A stretch of DNA of 64,000 nucleotides from positions 36,642,001 through 36,706,000 of the forward strand of contig NC_047020.1 of assembly GCF_902652985.1 (NCBI RefSeq). The letters are read 5' to 3'. The notes under the pieces were generated by a model. It was not told the DNA's origin and ran no database searches. It was given only the letters and a program-made list of their open reading frames with translations. The stretch comes from Pecten maximus. Taxonomy: Eukaryota. Of the stretch, positions 1 to 11,456 are shown in pieces. Position 1 is the first letter of the stretch, and every line of letters starts with the position of its first letter. A program made the position numbers and the translations under genes.

Positions 1-687
1 AACACACAAGTTTTCACGGTAAGTTGTGCTATGTACCAAAGACAGTGTTGTCTATGAGTACACAATGTTAGGTGTTATTGTTGCCAGTCGGGAAGGAAAT
101 TCTCTCATTTCCCAACTCACAGGGACACGCATAGAATACAAAAAAGTACTAATAATACTACAGCGACTTTAGCATTTGATACAGTCTATATGTATTGGAA
201 CTTCCCTGGAGTACAGCCCATTTTAGACGCTTGTCTTTTTACCAAATTTTTAATCTAGCTCCCAAAACGTCTGAATATGTGTTGTACACACTAAAGAATA
301 TCCAACAAAATGTAGACTATAACAAATTCTCAGGTCCCTGTGCTATTTATGTGGTCCGCGGGGTTAGGGATCAGTCCCGAGTCCCTATATGCCTCGATTC
401 TTTCACGTGACAGCATTAGTTCTCTGACCAGAAGGTCAATGTGAACTCTAATTAAGCTATACACGAAAAGTATTTATGAGCATACACAGGGACGTCTAGT
501 AAGTGATTAGTAGAACAATGAATTGTAAAACCACTAGATTAGAGAGGCGGGAATAATTAGTAAGTTTCCCGAAATAAACTATTTAATAGTTACAGTTTTC
601 GACACTGTCTGGCACACAAGACGAAAGGTCGACTTGTCACAGCGAGATCAAATTAATGTGTTAATACAAATACAGGGCAACTGGCCT

Positions 688-872
688 GGGTGATCAGTTG
701 GCACAGTGATAACACACTTGCCTTTCACCTAGGCGGCCGGGGTTCGATTCCCCGATTGGACGAGACAAAGTATGGGGTCACCTACCCGACCACGTCGGTT
801 CCCCCCCGAGCTTCGATTCGTAATTAATATTAGTTAATAAAACTTGTTTCGCAATAAAACTTGTTTCGCAAT
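688..872 (+). mobile_element. tRNA-derived SINE, partial
   Basis: A-box-like TGGCACAGTGA and B-box GGTTCGATTCCC in a tRNA-like head, then a short body and a duplicated AATAAAACTTGTTTCGC tail. Boundaries approximate. Confidence 0.6.
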
Positions 873-1038
873 TTTTGTAAAACATTGATTTATTCTACAG
901 CGATGTACTGGACACACTACCAATATTGACATTAGGACAAGACGAGTTATTTCCCTTAAAACTGGTTTTCTGACATAACGGAGAACATATTTGATCATAT
1001 TTGATGTTATTTGAACATTTCACCTGGGACGATGTCAG

Positions 1039-1668
1039 TATGGGGCGCCGTTTTACTATTCATTCCCATTTGGTGATATCACCTATTCAAATGAGTGATA
1101 TCACCTATTCGAAAAGGTGATATCACCTATTCGAATGAGTGATATCACCTATTCGAATAAGTGATATCACCTATTCGTTTTATTAAGTGATATCACCCAT
1201 TCGAATAGGTGATATCACTCATTTGAATAGGCGATATCACTTATTGACACGAATAGGTGATATCACCAATTCGAATAGGTTATATCACTTAATGAAACGA
1301 ATAGGTGACATCACCAATTCGAATAGGTGATATCACTCATTCGAATAGGTCACTTATAAAATTTCATAAGTGATATCACCTATTCGTATAGGTGATATCA
1401 CTCATTCGAATAGGTGATATCACTTAAGAATATTTTAAGTGATATCACCTATTCCAATTGGTGATATCACCTATTCGAATGAATGATATCACCTATTCGT
1501 TTCATTAAGTGATATCACCTATTCGAATGGGTGATATCACCTATTCGAACAGGTGATTTCAGTTATTTGAAAAATGAATAGGTGATATCACCTATTCGAA
1601 TAGGTTATATCACTGATTGAATAGGTGATATCACCAAATGGGAATAAATAGTAAAACGGCGCCCCATA
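1039..1668. mobile_element. Non-autonomous DNA transposon (IS3EU-type signature) with internal 22-bp palindromic repeat array
   Basis: TIRs TATGGGGCGCCGTTTTACTATT...AATAGTAAAACGGCGCCCCATA. Exact 6-bp TSD TGTCAG (1033-1038 and 1669-1674). Interior is tandem GGTGATATCACC/TATTCGAATA units in both orientations. Superfamily inferred from TAY..RTA ends plus 6-bp TSD. Confidence 0.85.
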
Positions 1669-1795
1669 TGTCAGTGAAGAAAATTGTTTTGGGTTTATAT
1701 GTCATCAAAATAAAGAAAGATTGATATAGTTTGGTAATCAAACACTGCACATACAGTGTATATCATAAGCCAATTGGTAAAGCATAACCGACGGT

Positions 1796-2318
1796 GACTG
1801 CCCTGCAGGTAGGGCGTAAGAATTGTACCTGCTGCCCCCATTGCATGATCGTAAGAAGCGACTAAATTTGGGATCTTATCTTTTCTCTTCTTTCTTAACA
1901 ACTTTCTTCTTCCTAACGTCTCCCTTGACACTGCCTCACTTTTGGCCTTTAGTCGAGCGTTCGCCGCTGTGATGAAGGTTTTGGGTTCTGTCCCCTAGCC
2001 GAGACCTACCAGAGTCTTTAAAAATGGTAGTTGCTACTCCTGCTTAGCGCTCAGCATATTTGGAGTGGGACGACTGGTTCGCCCGTTGTCAGTATAATGT
2101 GACCGGGTGGGGTGTGCTGCTGGGTGTCTTCGGCGGTATGCTTCAGTGAGATAGCACTATAAATCGGCAAAAGTTCCGGCCTATCACAAGGAGACTTAAC
2201 ACGAACATACCGCAGCCTCCCAAAACACACATACGCACTCAACACACGCATGCATGTCGCACGCACGGGAGGCCGTCCTTAAATGACTTTAGCTGTTAAT
2301 AGGACGTTAAACAAAATA
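1796..2318 (+). mobile_element. SINE (bivalve Meta/Deu-domain type), apparently full length
   Basis: 10-bp TSD AACCGACGGT (1786-1795 and 2319-2328). Central AAAAATGGTAGTTGCTACTCCTGCTTAGCGCTCAGCAT segment resembles conserved SINE central domains. The 3' tail GCTGTTAATAGGACGTTAAACAAAATAAA is also found at 26912-27022. Confidence 0.8.
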
Positions 2319-3571
2319 AACCGACGGTTGTTTCATTAACGTATTTCCATGTTGGAAAGTACAATTTATTCTACATTAATTCCCTTGGCCCAAATATTGA
2401 CCTAGTTATTACAAATCAATAAGTTCGAACTACATTGTATACGCATGTACTTGTGAAGAATATGTGGAGTTCATATTCGCGAACTCGCTACTGATCCTGT
2501 TCAAAGGGGGGTAAGTCGACATAACATTTTGAAGATGTGACGAAACCCAAGACTCGCTACTTATGTCGACACATCACTCGCTGAAAAAAAAGTCAATCAA
2601 TCTGTAAGCCTGGTGATTCGGCACTGAAGCAAGGATTTTTTTAAAATCATTATCTTTATTTGTCCTTTACTTAGGTGATAGGGGTCCGATTTCTCCGGTC
2701 GCTGTCATCGACACGTGCCCGACCATATAGGTTTTCTCCCGTTACCCTGTTATCCTCCCACAGTAATAAGGACCCCTTGGGAAAAAAAACCCCAACAAAA
2801 CAAAAGCAAAAAAACACACAGAAGAAAAAACAAGAGGCCCATGAGCCTTAACTGTATATATCATTACTTTACATCTGTCAGCAGTAAACAAATCCACTCC
2901 GCCACTCCATTCGGAACTTGCGATCGAAAATGTTAAGATCACTGTAAGGCTACAGGAGTTATTTCCCCTTAAATATTAAATGTGAAATTTGAACCACGTA
3001 CCTATTGCATTTCATAACTTGTAATATAAATATAAACTGATGTCTCATTTCTTACAACTTTCTGGGACAGAAACTGTTAAAATCTAACAGCATGATAACG
3101 AATAGGGATTTAAAAAATATCTTAAAATTGCCAGATCATTAAAGACTTCAGAAAATTAGAAGATTTCAAAATTATAAGCAAAGGAATACATACGTGCAGT
3201 TTATAATGCTTTTTACGTACATTGTACATGTATATCTTATATACAGTTAACTTGTTAAAATACACGTAGATCGTTATATTAGACATTCTTTATACATGCA
3301 GGTCTTTGGGGTTGGGTCGTTGGTGGGGATGGGGGATGGTCTTTATTTACTTTGTAATATAATGTTGAGCTTAGGAAGGCTTTACTGCAAAATGTGATTT
3401 AACCTAAAATTTGACTTTTAAGTTCACCAGAATCTTAAACACCACATTCACAATACCAAATATTGACACCCTTTATACAGACATATTATTTAACATGAAC
3501 CTCTGTATATGAACACAACCATATAAACAACTAATACATTGAAATAGGTTAGGCAAAGTATCCAGCAACCT

Positions 3572-3835
3572 CAATACAATAAAATACGGTATAGATACAA
3601 TACCATACAATACCATACAATACAATATGGATACAATATATTACAATACAGTATGGATAAGATACAATAAGGTTACAACAAATTCAATACAATATGTATA
3701 TAATACAATACATTACAATATGGATACCATAGAGTACGTATACAATATGTATGCAATACAATATGAATACAATACGAACACAATATAATATGGATACAAT
3801 ACATAGATAAAATACAATATGGATACTATACAATA
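3572..3835 (+). repeat. (ATACA)n / ATATGGATACA low-complexity repeat, left part
   Basis: Degenerate pentamer repeats that resume after the insertion, at 4978. Confidence 0.85.
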
Positions 3836-3850
3836 CAGTGGCGTAGGAAG

Positions 3851-3884
<34 letters not shown>

Positions 3885-4977
3885 ATTGCCCCCCCCCCCC
3901 CACCACTTTTTACAGTGGGGGGGGGGGGGGGGGGCAAACATATCTTTTTGCCCCCCCACTTTTTGACATCCAAAATCTAAAAAAGGGGAAAAAACACGAA
4001 TTTATATATTCATTTCGATAAATATCTGTATATTTTCGAACCGATAATGTTTTCTTGAAGGCATCGATAAAAACTTTATCTTGTACATCCGGAACATTCC
4101 GACTTTTATACTAGTATATCAATCCTCAGACCTGTTTGTCGGTCGTCTGCACTAGCCTGGTAAGTCAATATTTATATCTTAATACGAAATTTTGCTTAAC
4201 TTCATCACATAGATTCAATAAGTTGATGATAATTTGTGAAGTTAATTGAGTTCATAATGAGAACAAGACAGAAACACAACATGAATAAGAATGCGCGGTT
4301 TCAACGTGAATCGAGTGATACTATTTACCAACAGGTACGGGGAAATACAAAAAAAATCGTCTCGCGCCTACGGCGCTCGCTTTAACACTAAATTACTGCC
4401 ACCCCTTTCGATTGCAGATCCACAGGCGGGCTTTGCCACCCTGGTACCCACTTGGCGGCCCCCAGACCTCTCGCAAAAAGGGAAAAAAATCGGCTCGCGC
4501 CTACGGCGCTCGAATGATCGCTTAATTAATGGACACCCCTTTCGAAAACTCCTGGATCCGCGCCTGATCCCGAATTATTGGAAATGTGCTATATTTCATT
4601 TTCCGTGGAGGGCTTAGACCCCCTTGAACCCCCTATCAGGGCGCTGCCCTGGACCCGCTGGGGGGCCCCTCAGACCCCTCGTTAAAAAAAAATCGCCTCG
4701 CGCCTACGGCGCTCGCATTATTAGTAAATTACTGGACCCCCCGCCCTTTCGAAAATCCTGGCCGGGCCTGGTGATTCATGTTTTGACATAAAAATATATC
4801 CTGATTTGCGTAAATAACTTATTTTGTACTACATAAATTATCAAAATTATCATGGGATGTTGAAATGATAATTATTGGCTAATTTTGCGGAGATGGCATA
4901 CGATTTGTTTAGTGCGTAAAATTTAAGGTTAAAAAAAATTTTGCCCCCACACTTTTTGACGACTTCCTACGCCACTG
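3836..4977. mobile_element. hAT-like MITE with poly-G/poly-C tracts, inserted in the ATACA repeat
   Basis: 15-bp TIR CAGTGGCGTAGGAAG...CTTCCTACGCCACTG. Internal G and C runs and repeated TTGCCCCC..CACTTTTT motifs. Flanks share CAATA, but there is no clean 8-bp TSD. Confidence 0.75.
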
Positions 4978-5570
4978 CAATATGATACAATGCAATATGG
5001 ATAAAATACAATATGGATACATTACAATACAATATTGATACAATACAATATGGATACAATACAATATGGATAATATACCATATGGATACTATACAATACA
5101 ATATTGATACAATATGGATACAATACAATATGGATACAATGCAATATGGATACTATACACTATGGATACAATACAATATTGATACAATACAATATTGATA
5201 CAATACAATACGATATGGATACAATACAATATTGATATAATACAATACAATATGGATACAATACAATATGGATACATTACAATACAATATGGATACATTA
5301 CAATACAATATGGATACAATACTATACGATACAATTCGGATACCATACAATGTGTATACAAGACAATATGGATACAATACAATATGGAAACAATACGATA
5401 CCATACAATATGGATACAAAATAATATAGAAACAACATTATATGGATACAATTCGGACACAATGCAATACGGATACAATACGATACAATTCGGACACAAT
5501 ACAATACGAATACAATACGATACAATTCGGACACAATACAATACGGATACAAACACAATGCAATACAACA
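4978..5570 (+). repeat. (ATACA)n / ATATGGATACA low-complexity repeat, right part
   Basis: Same degenerate repeat. It explains the IQY/YCIV-rich ORFs at 5013-5675. Confidence 0.9.
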
Positions 5571-6330
5571 CATAAGCATGAGGCAAATCAGAACTTTTAT
5601 CGAAGGTTTAGTGTAGACATTTTATGGTATACCAAAATCATTCCAGGTGACGCTGCTCCGTGCTTAGCACTGTAAATGATGCACAGGGAAACAGGTTAAC
5701 TGATATCAGTATGAAATATATATACGTGTAATACGATAGAAACAATTGTTCTGTTAGTTTAGATTTCTTCAGAATTGGAAAATTTTAGATATTATTAGTG
5801 GAGTGTGTCTATTTACTTGATGGAACAGCCGAAGAACAGCATATGATCGAGGTAATTCGTCAAGGCAAAAGTAGCAATTTTAACGTCTTATTGAAAATGA
5901 AGTGACAGAAGACAGTTTCAGTTATATATAACACCATTATAATATTGATATGAGTTTCAGAGTAATTTATCAACAAATAAATAAAAAACTCGAACCTTAC
6001 TTTGATGGAATAAATATGATATTTGTACAGAAAATATGCAAATTACACTAAAACGCTGTCACTGTGCGTCAGTAAATATCACGTGACTGCATAGACAATG
6101 TTAAACAGATTTAGGACGATTCGCTTTTGTCGTATGTTTCCTCGAGTACTTATGTTATGATAACATGCAAAGTTAGTAATTGAGTTATCATAACGAGTTT
6201 AAAATGCATTTATAGGTCCCATAGGGCAGAAACACGCGTGTCAGTGTAAACAAAACGTCTGACATGAATGTAAATGAGGGGAAATGGCTACATATATGTA
6301 TTTAATACCAAGATAGGACAAGTACACAAT

Positions 6331-6411
6331 TTGCCCGAGTTTCCTCTGGCCCTGATACCATGTCTGGTGCACGTGTAGACACGATGTCAAGGCCAAAGGA
6401 AATTCGGGCAA
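6331..6411. repeat. 81-bp imperfect hairpin flanked by direct repeats (mini-element)
   Basis: TTGCCCGAGTTTCCTCTGGCC...GGCCAAAGGAAATTCGGGCAA, with GTACACAAT on both sides (6322-6330, 6412-6420). Confidence 0.6.
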
Positions 6412-6933
6412 GTACACAATATGCTATATATATAAACCATTGGTTGTGGTTCGACGACGTAAAATGCAATTGTTACGAACTTGTCAAGCGGTCGAGTTCC
6501 TGGTTCGACTTGACGGATGTTACTTCATTTGCTCTCCTCCATCCTTCCATCTTATTCCCTATATTTGTACGACGTTTTATGACGTTCAGACTTGTCGTGT
6601 CCCCATTTTCTCGCCGATTCTGTTTTCAGTTACCCGCTACCGCTAATCACTTACCACGGATAACCGTCTGTCATTATTACAATTGTACGTGAACTCGACT
6701 ACGCATGCTCGTATTGACACAATTGAAGTTGTTGGTGGCGATTATTTTTTAAACAGTGTGTTTGATATATTGTATGTAACTGTAACAATATCTGTCACGT
6801 ATATATTGCATATATTTGTACTGATAAACCGTAAGGTTTAAGATAATAAATAAATTAAGTTGAATAACTTCAGGTTATCTTTTGACTCTGAGTGTCGTAT
6901 TACGGTAACGTTTATAACTTTTACTAATTTAGA

Positions 6934-9492
6934 ACAAGAGATCCCAGAGGGATCTTGGCGCCCACCATTGAATGATCTTCATAGGTTCCATGTCAGATTG
7001 ATCTTTTCTCTTTTTTTTCTCCTTCCTCTTACTAATCTGTATGAATTGAGAAACATCCCTCCAGTGCCTTTTAAACAAGGGAACCTTATATATGAAATTT
7101 GAGATTTAGCGATAATGGTTGTCTGTCGACAATGTTTTCAGATTGTTCCGAAAATGCAATACGACGGACAAAGCAGAACCTACATTTACCTACACCTACA
7201 GAAAATTGAGAAAGATCCCTTGAGTACTTTTTCAGAAATAGCGATAACAAACTTCAATGGTCAAAATCCAAGATGGCTGCCTGTCGGCCATGTTGTTTTC
7301 GGATTGGTCCCAAAATGCAATATGCATAACTACAGACCACGGGGAACCTACATATGAAATTTGAGAAAGATCCCTTCAGTACTTTCTCAGAAATAGCGAT
7401 AACAAACTTCAATGGTCAAAATCCAAGATGGCTGCCTGTCGGCCATGTGTTTTTCGGATTGGTCCCAAAATGCAATATACATAACTACAGACCACGGGGA
7501 ACCTACATATGAAATTTGAGAAAGATCCCTTCAGTACTTTCTCAGAAATAGCGATAACAAACTTCAATGGTCAAAATTCAAGATGGCTGCCTGTCGGCCA
7601 TGTTGGTTACGATCCGTCTCAAAATGCAATATACATAACAACAGACCAAGGGTAACCTACATATGAAATTTGAGAAAGATCTCTTCCTTACATTCTCAGA
7701 AATAGCGATAACAAACTTCAATGGTCAAAATCCAAGATGGCTGCCTGTCGGCCATGTGGTTTTCGGATTGGTCCCAAAATGCAATATACATAACTACAGA
7801 CCACGGGGAACCTACATATGAAATTTGAGAAAGATCCCTTCAGTACTTTCTCAGAAATAGCGATAACAAACTTCAATGGTCAAAATTCAAGATGGCTGCC
7901 TGTCGGCCATGTTGGTTACGATCCGTCTCAAAATGCAATATGCATAACAACAGACCAAGGGGAACCTACATATGAAATTTGAGAAAGATCCCTTCAGTAC
8001 TTTCTCAGAAATAGCGATAACAAACTTCAATTGTCAAAATCCAAGATGGCTGCCTGTCGGCCATGTTGGTTACGATCCGTCTCAAAATGCAATATACATA
8101 ACAACAGACCAAGGGTAACCTACATATGAAATTTGAGAAAGATCCTTTCAGCACTTTCTCAGAAATAGCGATAACAAACTTCAATTGTCAAAATCAAAGA
8201 TGGCTGCCTGTCGGCCATATTGTTTTCCGATTGGTTCCAAAATGCAATATGCATAACTACAGACCAAGGGGAACCTACATACGTATGAAATTTGAGAAAG
8301 ATCTCTTCAGTACTTTCTTAGAAATAGCGATAACAAACTTCAATTGTCAAAATACAAGATGGCTGCCTGTCGGCCATATTATTTTCCGATCCGTCTCAAA
8401 ATGCAATATGCATAACAACAGACCAAGGGGAACTTACATATGAAATTTGAGAAAGATCTCTTCAGTACGTTCTCAGAAATAGCGATAACAAACTTCAATT
8501 GTCAAAATCAAGATGGCTGCCTGTCAGCCATGTTGTTTTCCGATCGGTCCCAAAATGCAATATGCATAACTAGGGACCAAGGGTAAACTACATATGAAAT
8601 TTGAGAAAGATCCTTTCAGTACTTTCTCAGAAATAGCGATAACAAACTTCAATTGTCAAAATCAAGATGGCTGCCTGTCAGCCATGTTGTTTTCCGATCG
8701 GTCCCAAAATGCAATATGCATAACTAGGGACCAAGGGTAAACTACATATGAAATTTGAGAAAGATCCTTTCAGTGCTTTCTCAGAAATAGCGATAACAAA
8801 CTTCAATTGTCAAAATCAAGATGGCTGCCTGTCAGCCATGTTGTTTTCCGATCGGTCCCAAAATGCAATATGCATAACTAGGGACCAAGGGTAAACTACA
8901 TATGAAATTTGAGAAAGATCCTTTTAGTACTTTCTCAGAAATAGCGATAACAAACTTCAATTGTCAAAATCCAAGATGGCTGCCTGTCGGCCATGTTGCT
9001 TTCCGATCAGTCCCAAAATGCATTATGCATAACTAGAGACCAAGGGGAACCTACATATGAAATTTCAGAAAGATCCCTTTTGTACTTTCTCGGAAATAGC
9101 GATAACAAACTTCAATGGTCAAAATACAAGATGGCTGCCTGTCGGCCATGTTGCTTTCCGATCAGTCCCAAAATGCATTATGCATAACTAGAGACCAAGG
9201 GGAACCTACATATGAAATTTCAGAAAGATCCCTTTTGTACTTTCTCGGAAATAGCGATAACAAACTTCAATGGTCAAAATACAAGATGGCTGCCTGTCGG
9301 CCATGTTGCTTTCCGATCAGTCCCAAAATGCATTATGCATAACAAGGGACCAAGGGAAACCTACATATGAAATTTGAGAAGGATTCCTTCAGTACTTTCT
9401 CAGAAATAGCGCTATCAAGAATTGTTTACGGACGGACGGACCACGGACGCAAGGCGATTTGAATAGCCCACCATCTGATGGTGGTGGGCTAA
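6934..9492 (-). mobile_element. HINE-like non-autonomous Helentron/Helitron carrying a tandem core array
   Basis: One end is ACAAGAGATCCCAGAGGGATCTTGGCGCCCACC (short palindrome plus sub-terminal IR). The other has a (GGAC)n microsatellite and the hairpin AGCCCACCATCTGATGGTGGTGGGCTAA. Same layout as the + strand element at 56285-56938. Confidence 0.8.
7075..9420 (+). repeat. ~154-155-bp satellite-like tandem array (~15 units) inside the HINE
   Basis: Repeating ATATGAAATTTGAGAAAGATCCCTTCAGTACTTTCTCAGAAATAGCGATAACAAACTTCAA...AAGATGGCTGCCTGTCGGCCATG. Confidence 0.95.
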
Positions 9493-10699
9493 AAATAACA
9501 CATTTCTACAAACCATTATTTTACGGCAAAACCGTATAAGATCTGATTTCAAAATCCACGCCATACAGTGTCAAAGTAAAAAAAAAAATAAACAAAAAAG
9601 TAAGGCTTATAATTGAATAATAAAAAGAAATATGTACATCTTGTACACTAATGTCAAATTTGCCGGTTATCTTTTTTGGAAAAAAAATCTTGTTATAGCT
9701 TAAAATCATTTCACGCTTAATTACTTTATGGCGAAAGTGAATGACGATGAGACAGACTTTGATGAGATATATCGTTCGGTCTGAGTCAGAAATAAACCTA
9801 CTGTATGATACATATTCAGCAACCATTGATCGATATTACGTCTGAGCCAAAAATTAACCTACTGTACAAGCAGACGTACTAACGATGGACAATCTGTTAA
9901 TCCTGGTTACAAATATATTGTTTTTATATTCATGCAGAGTACAACTTCCCTAGTCAGTGTATGAAAACATCAAGAATATGTAATGATATGTAATTTCTAT
10001 TTGGGATCCCATCATTTTTATCTGTTATAAGATAAAAATATGGTGTCTTACAATTACGAAAATCTCATTGTTCCGGTAAGCTTTGTTTTCGCTAGAATCG
10101 CTGACAAAAGTCAACAGGGAAGTACATTTGATGTTCCGTCAGACAGAACAGTCCAAATATTCTAATATACGCACACGAGATTTATATTGAAGGATCAAGC
10201 ACACTGTGAGACTTTGACAATACAAAAAAGTTGAGATAATAAGTTTTACGAAAATATGCATGCATAAACCATACCATTGTATGAGATTTTTTTTTTTTTT
10301 TTTTTGTCTTATGTATTATGGGGATAAAATTCGAGTGAATAATGTGAGGAAGATGGACGTGTAATGGAGCGATTCTTGTCGTATAATATCTGTAATGGCA
10401 CGTAATTGTTCTGCCGAGTCTTCTTAATCACTATTGGATTAGTCAGGTTCCATTTCTCTCTGTTCTGAAGACGTTTATCTTGCTAGTTAATTTGAGCGGG
10501 ATTCTTCCACATATTTCGTAGATAAGGCTCAGGATATTTGAATTAAGGACATGAAAAGTGACGGTCATTTCTCATTAGAACATGTGTTTCTGAGATATGA
10601 CACCAAAGTTGTTGCTAGAGTTTTTGTTTTCGGACACTACTGGCGAACTCTCGCGGGGAATAGATGTAAACCACGCCCGTAACCCTGCTCTCAGGCTCG

Positions 10700-11270
10700 A
10701 AACATAATCACGTGACCTATACGTAGAGAGCCTGAAGTACCAAACATATATTTGACCTAGTGTGACTGAAACATACATCACGTGACATACATAAATGTGC
10801 ATATGGAAAGGCTTGAAAACCGACCACGTGGCATAGAGGGACTGAAATACCTGCAACACTCATCACGTGACCTAAAGAGACACGTGGAAGACCTCGAACA
10901 TGCAGCACGTGACCTAAAGGGACTTAAACATGTATTACGTGACCTACATGTACGTGTGCAAGGCCTGTAACGCCCATCACGTGACCTAAAGGGACTTAAA
11001 CATATATCATGTGACCTACATATGGAAGGCCTGTAACGTCCATCATGTGACCTAAAGGGACTTGGACATACATGTGGAAGGGCTGGAACACCCACCACAC
11101 CTAGAAGAACTGAAACATACATCACGTGACCTACATGTGGAATGCTTTGAACACTCATCACGGGATTGAAACATACATGTGGAAGGACTGGAACACCCAT
11201 CGCGTACAGTTGCCTAGATAGAGTGCATATAAAGAATACATAACCATCACGTGACTTAGAGAGATTGAAA
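10700..11270 (+). repeat. Degenerate ~32/64-bp minisatellite rich in TCACGTGAC
   Basis: Alternating units such as CATCACGTGACCTAAAGGGACTTAAACATA and CATCACGTGACCTACATGTGGAAGG. Confidence 0.75.
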
Positions 11271-11339
11271 CAAGTAATTTACTTAAACGTAAATTTCACA
11301 AAGTTTGTATTAAACCTTATTTTATCACTGAGAGTGAAA

Positions 11340-11456
11340 TGATAATGTAACCGCGTGTGGTGTCCTACTGAATAGCTGAATACCTCAGTGAGATAGAATA
11401 AAGTCGCCATCGGTTCTGCACTATCACAAGGAGATAAACACAAACATACCCCGGCA
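11340..11456 (+). mobile_element. Old, diverged fragment of the SINE family at 1796-2318
   Basis: ATAATGTAACCGCGTGTGGTGT...CTCAGTGAGATAG...CTATCACAAGGAGA...AACATACC aligns by eye with 2094-2212. Confidence 0.6.

Noticed and set aside
688-760. tRNA genes at SINE heads (also 44700-44766, 52160-52243)
   Set aside because: A/B boxes run into SINE bodies and tails, and no complete cloverleaf is evident.
1039-1668. CRISPR-like appearance of palindromic repeat arrays (also 53097-53555, 59610-59860, 36296-36497)
   Set aside because: Repeats are head-to-tail without unique spacers, there are no cas genes, and they lie inside TIR- or LTR-bounded elements in eukaryotic DNA.
5013-5675. Cluster of 60-165-aa ORFs (also 3684-3973, 55060-55747, 59466-59932)
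   Set aside because: Translations of low-complexity repeats, open in many frames on both strands.
7115-9342. Repeated ORFs in the 155-bp array
   Set aside because: Unit length is not a multiple of three and frames shift each unit, so this is a non-coding satellite.
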